Below, piece by piece: positions 35,493-44,150 of a stretch of DNA of 64,000 nt; the stretch's first letter is position 1; each line of letters opens with the position of its first letter. The notes under the pieces were generated by a model that ran no database searches, had not been told where the DNA came from, and saw only the letters and a program-made list of their open reading frames with translations. The stretch is from a virus: IMG/VR virus record IMGVR_UViG_3300021429_002604, positions 32,001-96,000 of that record, one strand, 5' to 3'. Both the position numbers and the translations under genes were made by a program.

Positions 35493-37799
35493 ATGTCATT
35501 AGGAGCAACAGATAAACAGAGGAGTTTATTCCTGAAAGGATTTAAACTATCAAAGCAGGGTAATTACGAGGATCCAACTTACCTTGGGTTTAAGCTTGTT
35601 TTTGATTTCGGTACACTCCCGATTAGTGCAGAAGATGGTTTACCACCAAGCCCTCTTTTTAAGGATGATAGTTATTATTACGGTGCTAATAATAGTTTCT
35701 TCGGAGAAAATCCATTTGGACAAGCTCAGTATGATTACGTGACTCCCTCCGCAAATGGTAAAGTTGCTTATTATTCAGCTGCTAGTTACCTTGAGCAAAG
35801 AGAATCAGCATTTCCGTATGGTGGGAAAAGAGCGGATATGCTAAGACAGTTTAAAATAATATTGAGCGATCTTCTCTCAAATTCTCCTTGGTTTATACAA
35901 TCCATTAGTGGTCTTGATACACTAGCAAAGGTTGCTAGACCTGGATATCAGCCATCGGCCAGCGACGCCTCTTTTAGCTCACAAAGAACAGCAAACAAGT
36001 CTCTAGAATTCACAACTCTGGAATCTTTGAATATGAGAATGACCACGTTAGCGGATCTTTATAATCAGGCAACTTTTGATTATGATAATATGCGAGAACT
36101 TCTTCCAAGAAATCTTAGAAAGTTCACGATGTACATTTTCGTTTCGGAGGTTAGAAATTTCTTTAAGACATCTAGACTCGTAGGTGCTTCAGCTGCTCTT
36201 ACTGCTATAGATAATCTTTCAACATTGCTTGGATCTGGAAATAATCCAGGAAGTAATCTTGGAGTTGTTGATACCATATCAGGTGGACAAAATCAGAATT
36301 TCAACTCGGGGAGCTCAAATATAAATCCAGCAAGTGGATTTAATTCCTTTGTGGGTAATATTTTGAATCAATCTGGATTGGACAATGATCTATCGCTTTT
36401 TAAAAATCAACAGGATCAGTCGGGTATAAAACCAATGCTTGTTTTTGAGTGTAGAAATTGCGAATTTGATTTCACTGAAAGTACTCCAATAGGAACTAGC
36501 ATAAACATCGGTACCACTGCTGAACAGGCCACTCAGAAATTTAAAATCCATGTGGGTAAAGTTAGGATTAGAAACCAATACCCTAACATCAGACAGGACG
36601 GAAAACCTTTAATACTCGGAGACAGCTGGGACTCTGCTAGATCTTCTGTACAAAAATCCCCAAGAGACACGCAAGATATTCTTTCTTTGGGTGGTGAGCT
36701 ATTAACAAACTTCGTAAGTAATTCACTGAATGACCTAATAAATGAAGGTGTTGCTAATTTTATTCAGCCAAACCTGGCTGGACTAGATAAGTTGGCTTTA
36801 GGTAACACATATAGCTTTAATCCTGCTCAGTTAAGTGCTGGACTTTCTTTCAATAATGCTCAGAATTTTTTAAATAGCTTGGATGGTGTAAACGCAGGAT
36901 TTAGAGAAACAACTTTGCCAAATCCACAAACAACTGGATTAGGTGGTCCACCACAAAGAGTTTATCCTCCTCCAGGAAGCCCTGATGCTTATTCGAAAGT
37001 TCCTGGAAGTGATCTAGGTGTCCCTGACAGAGTATATCCAGCTCCGGGTGGAGACGCTTATTCAAATGTACCGGGATCGGATCTCGGTGTCCCTGATAGA
37101 GTTTATGCACAGCCGAGTGGAGATGCTTATGACCAAGTACCAGGACCCGATTTAGGAGTTCCTGATAGGGTTTATCCACAGCCGAATGGCGACGTTTATG
37201 TAGATGTACCTGGACAGGATCTAGGCGTACCTGACAGAGTTTATCCAGCTCCAACTGGAGATGAATACACAGGAGTTCCTGGACAAGATCTAGGAGTTCC
37301 TGATAGAACATATCCAGCTCCCGGAGGAGACGTTTATGCAAATGTACCAGGATCGGATCTTGGTGCTCCTGACAGGGCATATCCTGTTTTCAATGAGCAG
37401 GTTTATGGAACACCGCCAACACCGGGTCAGCTATCAAACAATCTGGACGTTTATACAAATCCCCCTGTCACAGGTACATTAGAGGAGTCACAGGTGTATC
37501 CAGATGAACCAGCTCGTAATGATGTCGATAATTTGGGTGACCAAGTTTATCCAGAGAAGAAATTAGTTAATACTAGAGGTGAACTTAGAGAGGCATCAAA
37601 TTCATTCGAACAACAGCCAGCTAAAGTTTATGCATCACCTAAAGAGACTGCTAGTAGAGGTGATATAGGTAAGGTGTATCCGCCAACCAGCGGGGACTTT
37701 GTCGTCGAAAAACCTTTGGATTTAGGAAACCTAAAACCACCGACAAAATATAACATAAGTAAGGGTGGGTTTAACACACCCAAAACTGAATTTGAATAA
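35493..37799 (+). CDS. Tail/baseplate protein with a tube-like N-terminal domain and Pro/Gly/Asp-rich C-terminal repeats
   Basis: Located in the baseplate cluster; PWFIQSISGLD...LEFTTLESLNMRM resembles tube-fold proteins. Confidence 0.5.
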   Translation: MSLGATDKQRSLFLKGFKLSKQGNYEDPTYLGFKLVFDFGTLPISAEDGLPPSPLFKDDSYYYGANNSFFGENPFGQAQYDYVTPSANGKVAYYSAASYLEQRESAFPYGGKRADMLRQFKIILSDLLSNSPWFIQSISGLDTLAKVARPGYQPSASDASFSSQRTANKSLEFTTLESLNMRMTTLADLYNQATFDYDNMRELLPRNLRKFTMYIFVSEVRNFFKTSRLVGASAALTAIDNLSTLLGSGNNPGSNLGVVDTISGGQNQNFNSGSSNINPASGFNSFVGNILNQSGLDNDLSLFKNQQDQSGIKPMLVFECRNCEFDFTESTPIGTSINIGTTAEQATQKFKIHVGKVRIRNQYPNIRQDGKPLILGDSWDSARSSVQKSPRDTQDILSLGGELLTNFVSNSLNDLINEGVANFIQPNLAGLDKLALGNTYSFNPAQLSAGLSFNNAQNFLNSLDGVNAGFRETTLPNPQTTGLGGPPQRVYPPPGSPDAYSKVPGSDLGVPDRVYPAPGGDAYSNVPGSDLGVPDRVYAQPSGDAYDQVPGPDLGVPDRVYPQPNGDVYVDVPGQDLGVPDRVYPAPTGDEYTGVPGQDLGVPDRTYPAPGGDVYANVPGSDLGAPDRAYPVFNEQVYGTPPTPGQLSNNLDVYTNPPVTGTLEESQVYPDEPARNDVDNLGDQVYPEKKLVNTRGELREASNSFEQQPAKVYASPKETASRGDIGKVYPPTSGDFVVEKPLDLGNLKPPTKYNISKGGFNTPKTEFE
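36951..37385 (+). repeat. Six 69-bp (23-aa) coding repeats plus a partial seventh, consensus PDRVYPAPxGDxYxxVPGxDLGV
   Basis: Counted in the translation; the first unit is 24 aa. Confidence 0.95.
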
Positions 37800-37801
37800 T
37801 T

Positions 37802-38503
37802 ATGCCAAGTGAAAAAACCTACCTTGGTAGAGTGGTTGATATTAAAGATCCACTTTATCAAGGAAGAGCTAAAATTGATGTTTTTGGTTTCTTTGATGAG
37901 ATTCCTGTCGAGGATCTTCCCTGGGCCGAGCAGATTGCTGGTATGTCCTTTGGAGCAGGCTTTGGTGGTGGAAACATCACCATTCCCAGAGTTGGTTCCA
38001 TAGTTGCTGTTCATTTTGAGGAAAATAACTATTATAAGATTAATTATCATTACATCAAGGAGTTTTCACAGGACCTCCAGGAGGAGCTGAAAAAAGAAAA
38101 CTCTTATGAAGGTACTCATGCTTTAATTTATGATGGCGAGGCCCAACCAGGGCTTCTTAAGATGATATACACCAGAAGCAATGGTTTAGTTTTTCAGCTG
38201 GGGGATGCTACGATACAACTTGATACCCAGAACGCTGGAACCGATAAGGAGAAGCTCAGAATCAAGATAAAAATGAATGATGATGAGATCCGAATGGAAA
38301 AAAGCGGTGGTAAGCAGAAGGTCATTGTAAAATCCGAAAATATAGAACTCGGCGAGGGAGCGGTTGAGAAGGTTATCCTCGGTAACAAGTTTCTACAATT
38401 ATATAATCAGCACACGCACCCAACCGGTGTTGGACCATCGGGTGTTCCGATAGTTCCGATGGTGGATCCTCAGCACTTAAGTCAAGTATCTAAAACTAAA
38501 TAA
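37802..38503 (+). CDS. gp5: Baseplate central spike, gp5-like OB domain with His-x-His apex and no lysozyme domain
   Basis: YLGRVVDIKDP...GRAKIDVFG, PRVGSIVAV.FE and C-terminal HTHPTGVGPSG. Confidence 0.85.
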   Translation: MPSEKTYLGRVVDIKDPLYQGRAKIDVFGFFDEIPVEDLPWAEQIAGMSFGAGFGGGNITIPRVGSIVAVHFEENNYYKINYHYIKEFSQDLQEELKKENSYEGTHALIYDGEAQPGLLKMIYTRSNGLVFQLGDATIQLDTQNAGTDKEKLRIKIKMNDDEIRMEKSGGKQKVIVKSENIELGEGAVEKVILGNKFLQLYNQHTHPTGVGPSGVPIVPMVDPQHLSQVSKTK

Positions 38504-38505
38504 CG

Positions 38506-40305
38506 ATGCCAGCAAATTGGGGAACATTCATAACTAATGTTAGTAGCAAATTAACGTCTCAGTCTATTGGATCATACGATGAGATGGCAGACTTTCTTAG
38601 AAACGAATATATTTCTGCGACTGTTGGTAAAGCTGCATCTCCATATGGTCAAACCCACGTAAAGGGACAGGATGCCATTATGTACGAGGGATTTAAGAAA
38701 GGATTTAAAATGCTCTACGAAGGCGGTGATCTAACATTCGAGGAGAAGAAAACAAATCCAGCATACGCTGATCTTGAGGTTGAACCGCCCACGGTGGATA
38801 TATCAGGAGCTGCTGATCAAGTTGAATTAGATTTTAGAGATTGGGCTGAGGAGAACAAAGCAACAATACCAGATTTTGTATATTCACAATTCTTTTCCCA
38901 ATACCCAGGATTTCCTAAGGATAGAAAGCAAGCAGCACTCGAGATTGCCAGAAAGATATTGCATCAGTTTGACGGAACCGGATCATATCTCCAATGGATG
39001 TATTCATTAAGAACCGGTCCATATAGCGACTGGGGAAACCTAATAATGGATGAAGTTATTAAGCTGATAAATATTGAGGCTAAGAGAGAATTTCAACCAG
39101 GAGATCTTGTTAGAGGATTTGCTAAATATAAAAATATTGATACTATCGCTGTGACTAAAACCAGTAGGAGCGATAAAGATTATACAGTGGTTCCTCTTGG
39201 TAGTCCTTATAACGGGATCTGGAATACAGAATACCGATACGGAAACGACGTTTTCAATTATTTGAAAGGTGACACTAATATAGATAACATTTCTTCGCTT
39301 AACTCAGGAAATCGGAACGATTCCGAATTGATTGAGGGTAAGGTTGTTTCGGTATCTTCTGTAAAGGGGAATAGTAGTATAAAGGTATCCTTTTATAACA
39401 AGAATGTAAAGAAGTACTTTGTAAAGGAACTGATTCCTAGCACAGTATCAAGAAAACTTAATATCTCGGATATAACCGGGAAATTGCCTGCTATAAATAT
39501 AACGAGGGAGCTTTTTCAGGATCAACACTTAAGTAATCCTAATAAGATCCCTGATTATCTAACCTCAAGTTTTATAAGACATTTCACATATTCTAAAAGA
39601 TACGATGCTGGATATCTTAAGCAATGGTTAAAATATTATGGAAGTTGGTCGGATAGCGTTATTGATAATATAAGTAAAAGCTTTGACGATTCTTACAGTT
39701 ATGCTGATGATATAGTAAATATCTTTTCTAGAGACGGATTCAAGAACACTTCATTTTTCCGGAAAAATGCTAATATTTTTAATACCAACTCTGGATTTCA
39801 ATTATCAATTATTAAGCAGAGACTTGATTTTAATAAGTCTGTCGAGTATGATACCGAAGAAAATAGATTTAGAGAACTCAAGATTAGATGGATAAATGAG
39901 TTGGCTGATGCCGCTAGAAAAAACTCAGATCCTGATAAACCGGAGGATCCCTACAATGTTATGGCCAAGGGCGTTCTTGATTATTGGAAATCATGTGCTC
40001 AACAACCCCTTACAAATGAGCCAGGTGCCCCGCCTTGCTTATTTGCACCTCCTCAGGGTGGACTTTACGCTCCGATTTATTATGGTAGTCAAACAATGCT
40101 CGGTAATAATATAAAAAGAGCTTTCAATACGGGAAAAAGATTCAGTCGGGCACCAGAAAAACAGATTGCAGCAAAGCTAGTTGCATCTGCCCTAGCATAT
40201 TCTTTTGGTATGCATTTATTAGAACTTAAATTTATCTATCGTGGTGGTATACCTGGGGCTAATGGCCCAATACCTATGATAGGTTTTATCCCTCTAGTTT
40301 ATTAA
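38506..40305 (+). CDS. Hypothetical baseplate-associated protein
   Basis: 599 aa, immediately after the spike gene. Confidence 0.6.
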   Translation: MPANWGTFITNVSSKLTSQSIGSYDEMADFLRNEYISATVGKAASPYGQTHVKGQDAIMYEGFKKGFKMLYEGGDLTFEEKKTNPAYADLEVEPPTVDISGAADQVELDFRDWAEENKATIPDFVYSQFFSQYPGFPKDRKQAALEIARKILHQFDGTGSYLQWMYSLRTGPYSDWGNLIMDEVIKLINIEAKREFQPGDLVRGFAKYKNIDTIAVTKTSRSDKDYTVVPLGSPYNGIWNTEYRYGNDVFNYLKGDTNIDNISSLNSGNRNDSELIEGKVVSVSSVKGNSSIKVSFYNKNVKKYFVKELIPSTVSRKLNISDITGKLPAINITRELFQDQHLSNPNKIPDYLTSSFIRHFTYSKRYDAGYLKQWLKYYGSWSDSVIDNISKSFDDSYSYADDIVNIFSRDGFKNTSFFRKNANIFNTNSGFQLSIIKQRLDFNKSVEYDTEENRFRELKIRWINELADAARKNSDPDKPEDPYNVMAKGVLDYWKSCAQQPLTNEPGAPPCLFAPPQGGLYAPIYYGSQTMLGNNIKRAFNTGKRFSRAPEKQIAAKLVASALAYSFGMHLLELKFIYRGGIPGANGPIPMIGFIPLVY

Positions 40306-40325
40306 CAAAAAAAGTTCATTGCAAA

Positions 40326-40353
40326 GGAACTTAAGATGGGATATATAGTATAA
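40326..40353 (+). promoter_or_regulatory. Composite promoter GGAAC-N17-GTATAA with GATATATA (40340..40347) inside its spacer
   Basis: Both motifs are present upstream of the S1-like gene. Confidence 0.55.
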
Positions 40354-40390
40354 TAACGATACTTTTAATCACCTTTAAACTAAAAAAAAT

Positions 40391-41551
40391 ATGAATTCCA
40401 ATTCTTTCGACGATTTTAACTGGGATCTTCCTAATGGACTAACAATCAACAAGAAAATCAAAGGTTCTGAGGGACACAAGGTTTATTGCCACGAGCCATA
40501 TGCTCAGGAGTTAGCAGATCTCTATTTTAAATCCTATGCAAATTTAGAAATTGGGTCTAAGGACTTAGTTGATGGTTCAGTATATCTTTGCAAAATAGTT
40601 CATTTGAAGGAAGACGAAGCATTAGCTCAAACCAATTCTGGTCAAACCATCTACATCGATCTTAAAAAAGAGAGAAGAGATGCTGAAAAATTAAACTTAA
40701 TCAACCTAACATTTAACCCAGGCGAAGAAGTTAACGCTAGAGTAAGAAAAAATAACGGTAACTATACAGGATCTGTTATTGAATATTACATCCACAGCCT
40801 GAGAGTTGAACTTTTTGAACAAATCAAAAAAGAAAGCAGCGCATATAGAATAAAAATAGTTAGCGTGAATAAAGGTGGATACATTGCCGAATTATCGGGT
40901 ATCAAATGTTTCCTTCCTGGATCACTAGCAGCAGCTAATAAAATCACCGATTTTGAATCATACATCGGAAAAGAAATGCACGTTATGATCGAGGGTTATG
41001 TTGAATCGAAAGACATATTCATCGTTTCCTATAAGAAATACCTTAATAAGATCATGGATTCTAAAATCCAAGAACTTGATCTTACCAAAAAATACAAAGG
41101 GTATGTTACAGGGACAAGCGACTTCGGTGTGTTTGTAGAATGGGACAGTGTTTACACTGGTCTTATTCACAAAACAGAATTCCCTGATGATAATACGCTA
41201 ACCATGATTTCTCCTGGATCAGAAATTGAATTCTATGTGAAGGAGATCAAGGATAATAACAGATTAACCCTTACATTGGATAAGCCATTGGAAAGAAATG
41301 TTATTATACAGGAAATAGAGAACCAAGTGAAAGAAGGAACTTGTGAACCATTACCAGCTAAGGTTAAACATAGAAGAAAGAATGGCGCTTTAGTTGAAAT
41401 TCCACAATATGGTCTTATGGCCTTAATACCTCAGGATAGACTTGGGAAGAAGGGGAGCAACATCAAAACAGGAGACGATGTGACAATCGTTCCTTATGAG
41501 GTTGATGTTACCTCTGGAAAAATATATGTTGAACTTGTAAATGTCGGATAA
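40391..41551 (+). CDS. rpsA: Ribosomal protein bS1-like protein (about four S1 domains)
   Basis: VSVNKGGYIAELSGIKCFLPGSL (D2-like), GYVTGTSDFGVFVE...TGLIHKTE (D3-like) and two more S1-like units. Confidence 0.8.
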   Translation: MNSNSFDDFNWDLPNGLTINKKIKGSEGHKVYCHEPYAQELADLYFKSYANLEIGSKDLVDGSVYLCKIVHLKEDEALAQTNSGQTIYIDLKKERRDAEKLNLINLTFNPGEEVNARVRKNNGNYTGSVIEYYIHSLRVELFEQIKKESSAYRIKIVSVNKGGYIAELSGIKCFLPGSLAAANKITDFESYIGKEMHVMIEGYVESKDIFIVSYKKYLNKIMDSKIQELDLTKKYKGYVTGTSDFGVFVEWDSVYTGLIHKTEFPDDNTLTMISPGSEIEFYVKEIKDNNRLTLTLDKPLERNVIIQEIENQVKEGTCEPLPAKVKHRRKNGALVEIPQYGLMALIPQDRLGKKGSNIKTGDDVTIVPYEVDVTSGKIYVELVNVG

Positions 41552-42947
41552 TAGAACACATTTTGATAAGATTAATGCTCTTGACTCATCAGTAATAGGA
41601 TTTGAATTTGAGTTTTACACTAACCTGTTAAAGGGTCAAGCTGCCGAGTCATTGGGTAAGCTTATCAAAAAGAAAGTTATAGTTTCCGAAAAATACCATT
41701 CAAAAATACCGGTAGACGCCAACAATTTTAAGCTAGAACCAGATTACTCAGGTGGTAGCAAAATGATGGAGCTTATTACCGGACCTCTTGCATACAGCGA
41801 GGCTATGCCGATTCTTATCAAAATTCTAAATTGGATTGATGAGAATGGGTGGACTAGTGATAGATGCGCATTCCAATTTTCAGTAAGTTTTGATAAGTCC
41901 AGAAGAGACGTAAAGGACAAAATAGAAAACCTGGATAAGCTTAAGTTTGTCTTGGGACTTGACGAGGGATTTATCTACTCAAGATTTGGTAGCAGAGAAA
42001 AGAATGTATATGCCAAATCCATCAAAAAAGTTGTGCCTAGGAACAGATACTCGATATTGGAGAATATCCAATCGATAGATCCGAAAATGTATCGTGTACC
42101 TGAAGATAAGTACTATGGTGTGAACTTCACAAAAACACCAAAGGGGTATATCGAATTCAGATATCTAGGAAACAGAGATTATCAGAAGAAAACCAAAGAA
42201 ATCAGAGAGGTAATAGATTACATTATCTTATACCTCTATGATATATTAAGCCACAGAATAAAGGGGTATACAAAAGACGACCTAGCGGTACTTCAGAAAA
42301 TGATGGACAAATATGCAAAGGTAGTAAGATGTTTCACTAATCCTGATTTCTTCTTTAGAAATTACCCAGATTTCCACATCTTCGTTGATCTTAAGGGATG
42401 GGACGAAAACATAAAAACATATTTTCCCATCATTAGGGATAAGGTATTTGACCTGATTATAGAGGGAAATATCACATCATGTTATTTCAACTACGATACT
42501 GCAACTGGTAGATACCAGGTAAAGGAAGCCAGATGCAGAAATGCTTTCGAAATTGACGGGATGGATTTAATCCTTTGTGATATTAAAAATGCTATTATTA
42601 GAAATTGCAACATCTACAATTCTGACATAAAAAAATCATCGATAGAAGATTCTTATATTTTCGCAGGTACCAAGGTGACTTCATCAAAAATTAAGTCAAC
42701 CATAGTGGATTTCTCAAACGAACTTAAAGATTGCTTTATCGACTGCCAGGGCAAGAATATTAATTGCAAAATCGAAGGTGGGGTATTAAGAGCTGGTAAC
42801 ATTGGTGAAAATGCAGAGATTAGCAAGGAAACAATGAAAGTTAAAAACTTAGAAGACCAGAGGATGGTTAGATTCGTTACTGACAAGAGATTAAAGGATC
42901 TTAATGATAGATACAATAATCAGAGATTCGGTAATATGAATTATTAA
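41541..42947 (+). CDS. Putative amidoligase (COOH-NH2 ligase type 2-like) with a beta-helix-like C-terminus
   Basis: IGFEFEF, PDYSG, MELITGPL, KYYGVNF and IEFRYLG; short NCNIYNSDI-type repeats at the C-terminus. Confidence 0.65.
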   Translation: MSDNRTHFDKINALDSSVIGFEFEFYTNLLKGQAAESLGKLIKKKVIVSEKYHSKIPVDANNFKLEPDYSGGSKMMELITGPLAYSEAMPILIKILNWIDENGWTSDRCAFQFSVSFDKSRRDVKDKIENLDKLKFVLGLDEGFIYSRFGSREKNVYAKSIKKVVPRNRYSILENIQSIDPKMYRVPEDKYYGVNFTKTPKGYIEFRYLGNRDYQKKTKEIREVIDYIILYLYDILSHRIKGYTKDDLAVLQKMMDKYAKVVRCFTNPDFFFRNYPDFHIFVDLKGWDENIKTYFPIIRDKVFDLIIEGNITSCYFNYDTATGRYQVKEARCRNAFEIDGMDLILCDIKNAIIRNCNIYNSDIKKSSIEDSYIFAGTKVTSSKIKSTIVDFSNELKDCFIDCQGKNINCKIEGGVLRAGNIGENAEISKETMKVKNLEDQRMVRFVTDKRLKDLNDRYNNQRFGNMNY

Positions 42948-42961
42948 AAAAACCAAGAAGC

Positions 42962-43738
42962 ATGACACAAGATGAGTTAATACAGGAAATACAAGATGCC
43001 CTTTCTTTTAGCTGTGCATTACCTTACAACTTAAATGCAACAGAAACTGAGAGAATTATCAAAAGAGCTAAAGCTTGGTTTTATGATAACTATCAGTATG
43101 CTGTAGAGGAAAGAGTGTTCGTTTTAGCAAACAATCTTTTCCAGCACCAAGAATTTAAAAGAACTAGACAGATCAGACTTCCTGAATCTATCATAGGAGT
43201 ATATGAAGTTAGAGAACTTGGTGGATATGGACTCTCTGGTAATCCTGATAGGGATTTTGGTGACTCAAAGCTCCTTGGATCTGAACTACTTCTATCGCCA
43301 TTCGTAGGGGATAACTTAGTTTATAGAACAGTGATGTATTCATATTTCGATTTGGCCAAAGCTTATCTACTCAACACATATGCTTTTAAATACAATAAAA
43401 ACACGAAATTCTTAACCATTCTTGGTAGAGATCCTAACCGATCAGGTAAAGGTCAATTAGCACAGGGATTTAATGGTGGTGGTGTTGATGTTTCTGTAAG
43501 ATGCCACGTGGCAATACTCGACGAATACTTATATGACGATGAACTTTTTGTTAGATATTGTATAGCAAAATGTAAAATAGCGCTTTCACAGATGTTAAGC
43601 GTCTTCACATACAACCTTCCTGGTGGGGTTCAAATAAACGCCAGCGAAATAGGAACTCAGGGAGCCACAGAGCTACAGGAAGTGATGGATATGATCAATG
43701 GCGAGAATACCCCATCTTATTTCCTTCAATGGAATTAA
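42962..43738 (+). CDS. gp13: Neck / head-tail adaptor protein (gp13-like)
   Basis: LPGGVQINASEI....ELQEVMDMI motif; 258 aa. Confidence 0.8.
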   Translation: MTQDELIQEIQDALSFSCALPYNLNATETERIIKRAKAWFYDNYQYAVEERVFVLANNLFQHQEFKRTRQIRLPESIIGVYEVRELGGYGLSGNPDRDFGDSKLLGSELLLSPFVGDNLVYRTVMYSYFDLAKAYLLNTYAFKYNKNTKFLTILGRDPNRSGKGQLAQGFNGGGVDVSVRCHVAILDEYLYDDELFVRYCIAKCKIALSQMLSVFTYNLPGGVQINASEIGTQGATELQEVMDMINGENTPSYFLQWN

Positions 43739-43742
43739 TCTC

Positions 43743-43750
43743 GATATATA
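43743..43750 (+). promoter_or_regulatory. GATATATA putative late promoter
   Basis: Intergenic, 19 nt before the gp25-like gene. Confidence 0.65.
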
Positions 43751-43769
43751 ATGGGAAATTAATTTTTCC

Positions 43770-44141
43770 ATGAGAGAGATTTACAATAGAGACCCATTAG
43801 ATCCGGATTACAATCCTTATCAATTAGAGACCACAGATCCTACTGAGATCTGCGTCGGTCAACTTAAAATGCTGCTACTTACTAATAAGGGCGAGGTTTT
43901 AGGCGATCCCAAATTTGGTTTAAATATAGAGGATCTTGTATTTAATCTCGAGCTCTCAGAAACAAGCATAAGGAAAGAACTGGATCTTGCACTTAATGTG
44001 TATGTTCCGCTGTTTTCTTTGCTTGGTGGAACTTATGAACTTCAATTTTACGTGGGGACTTTAAGGGATATCGCTACTTTGGATTTTAAAATACCAGAGG
44101 ACGGAAAACTTAGCCCACTGGTATCGCTAAGACTAACATAA
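43770..44141 (+). CDS. gp25: Baseplate wedge gp25-like protein
   Basis: LLLTNKGEVLGDPKFGLNIEDLVFN. Confidence 0.8.
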   Translation: MREIYNRDPLDPDYNPYQLETTDPTEICVGQLKMLLLTNKGEVLGDPKFGLNIEDLVFNLELSETSIRKELDLALNVYVPLFSLLGGTYELQFYVGTLRDIATLDFKIPEDGKLSPLVSLRLT

Positions 44142-44150
44142 AAAAAGGAA

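Noticed and set aside
36951-37385. 69-bp periodic DNA as a possible CRISPR array (repeat plus spacer)
   Set aside because: The whole unit is conserved at the protein level, in frame, with wobble-position variation.
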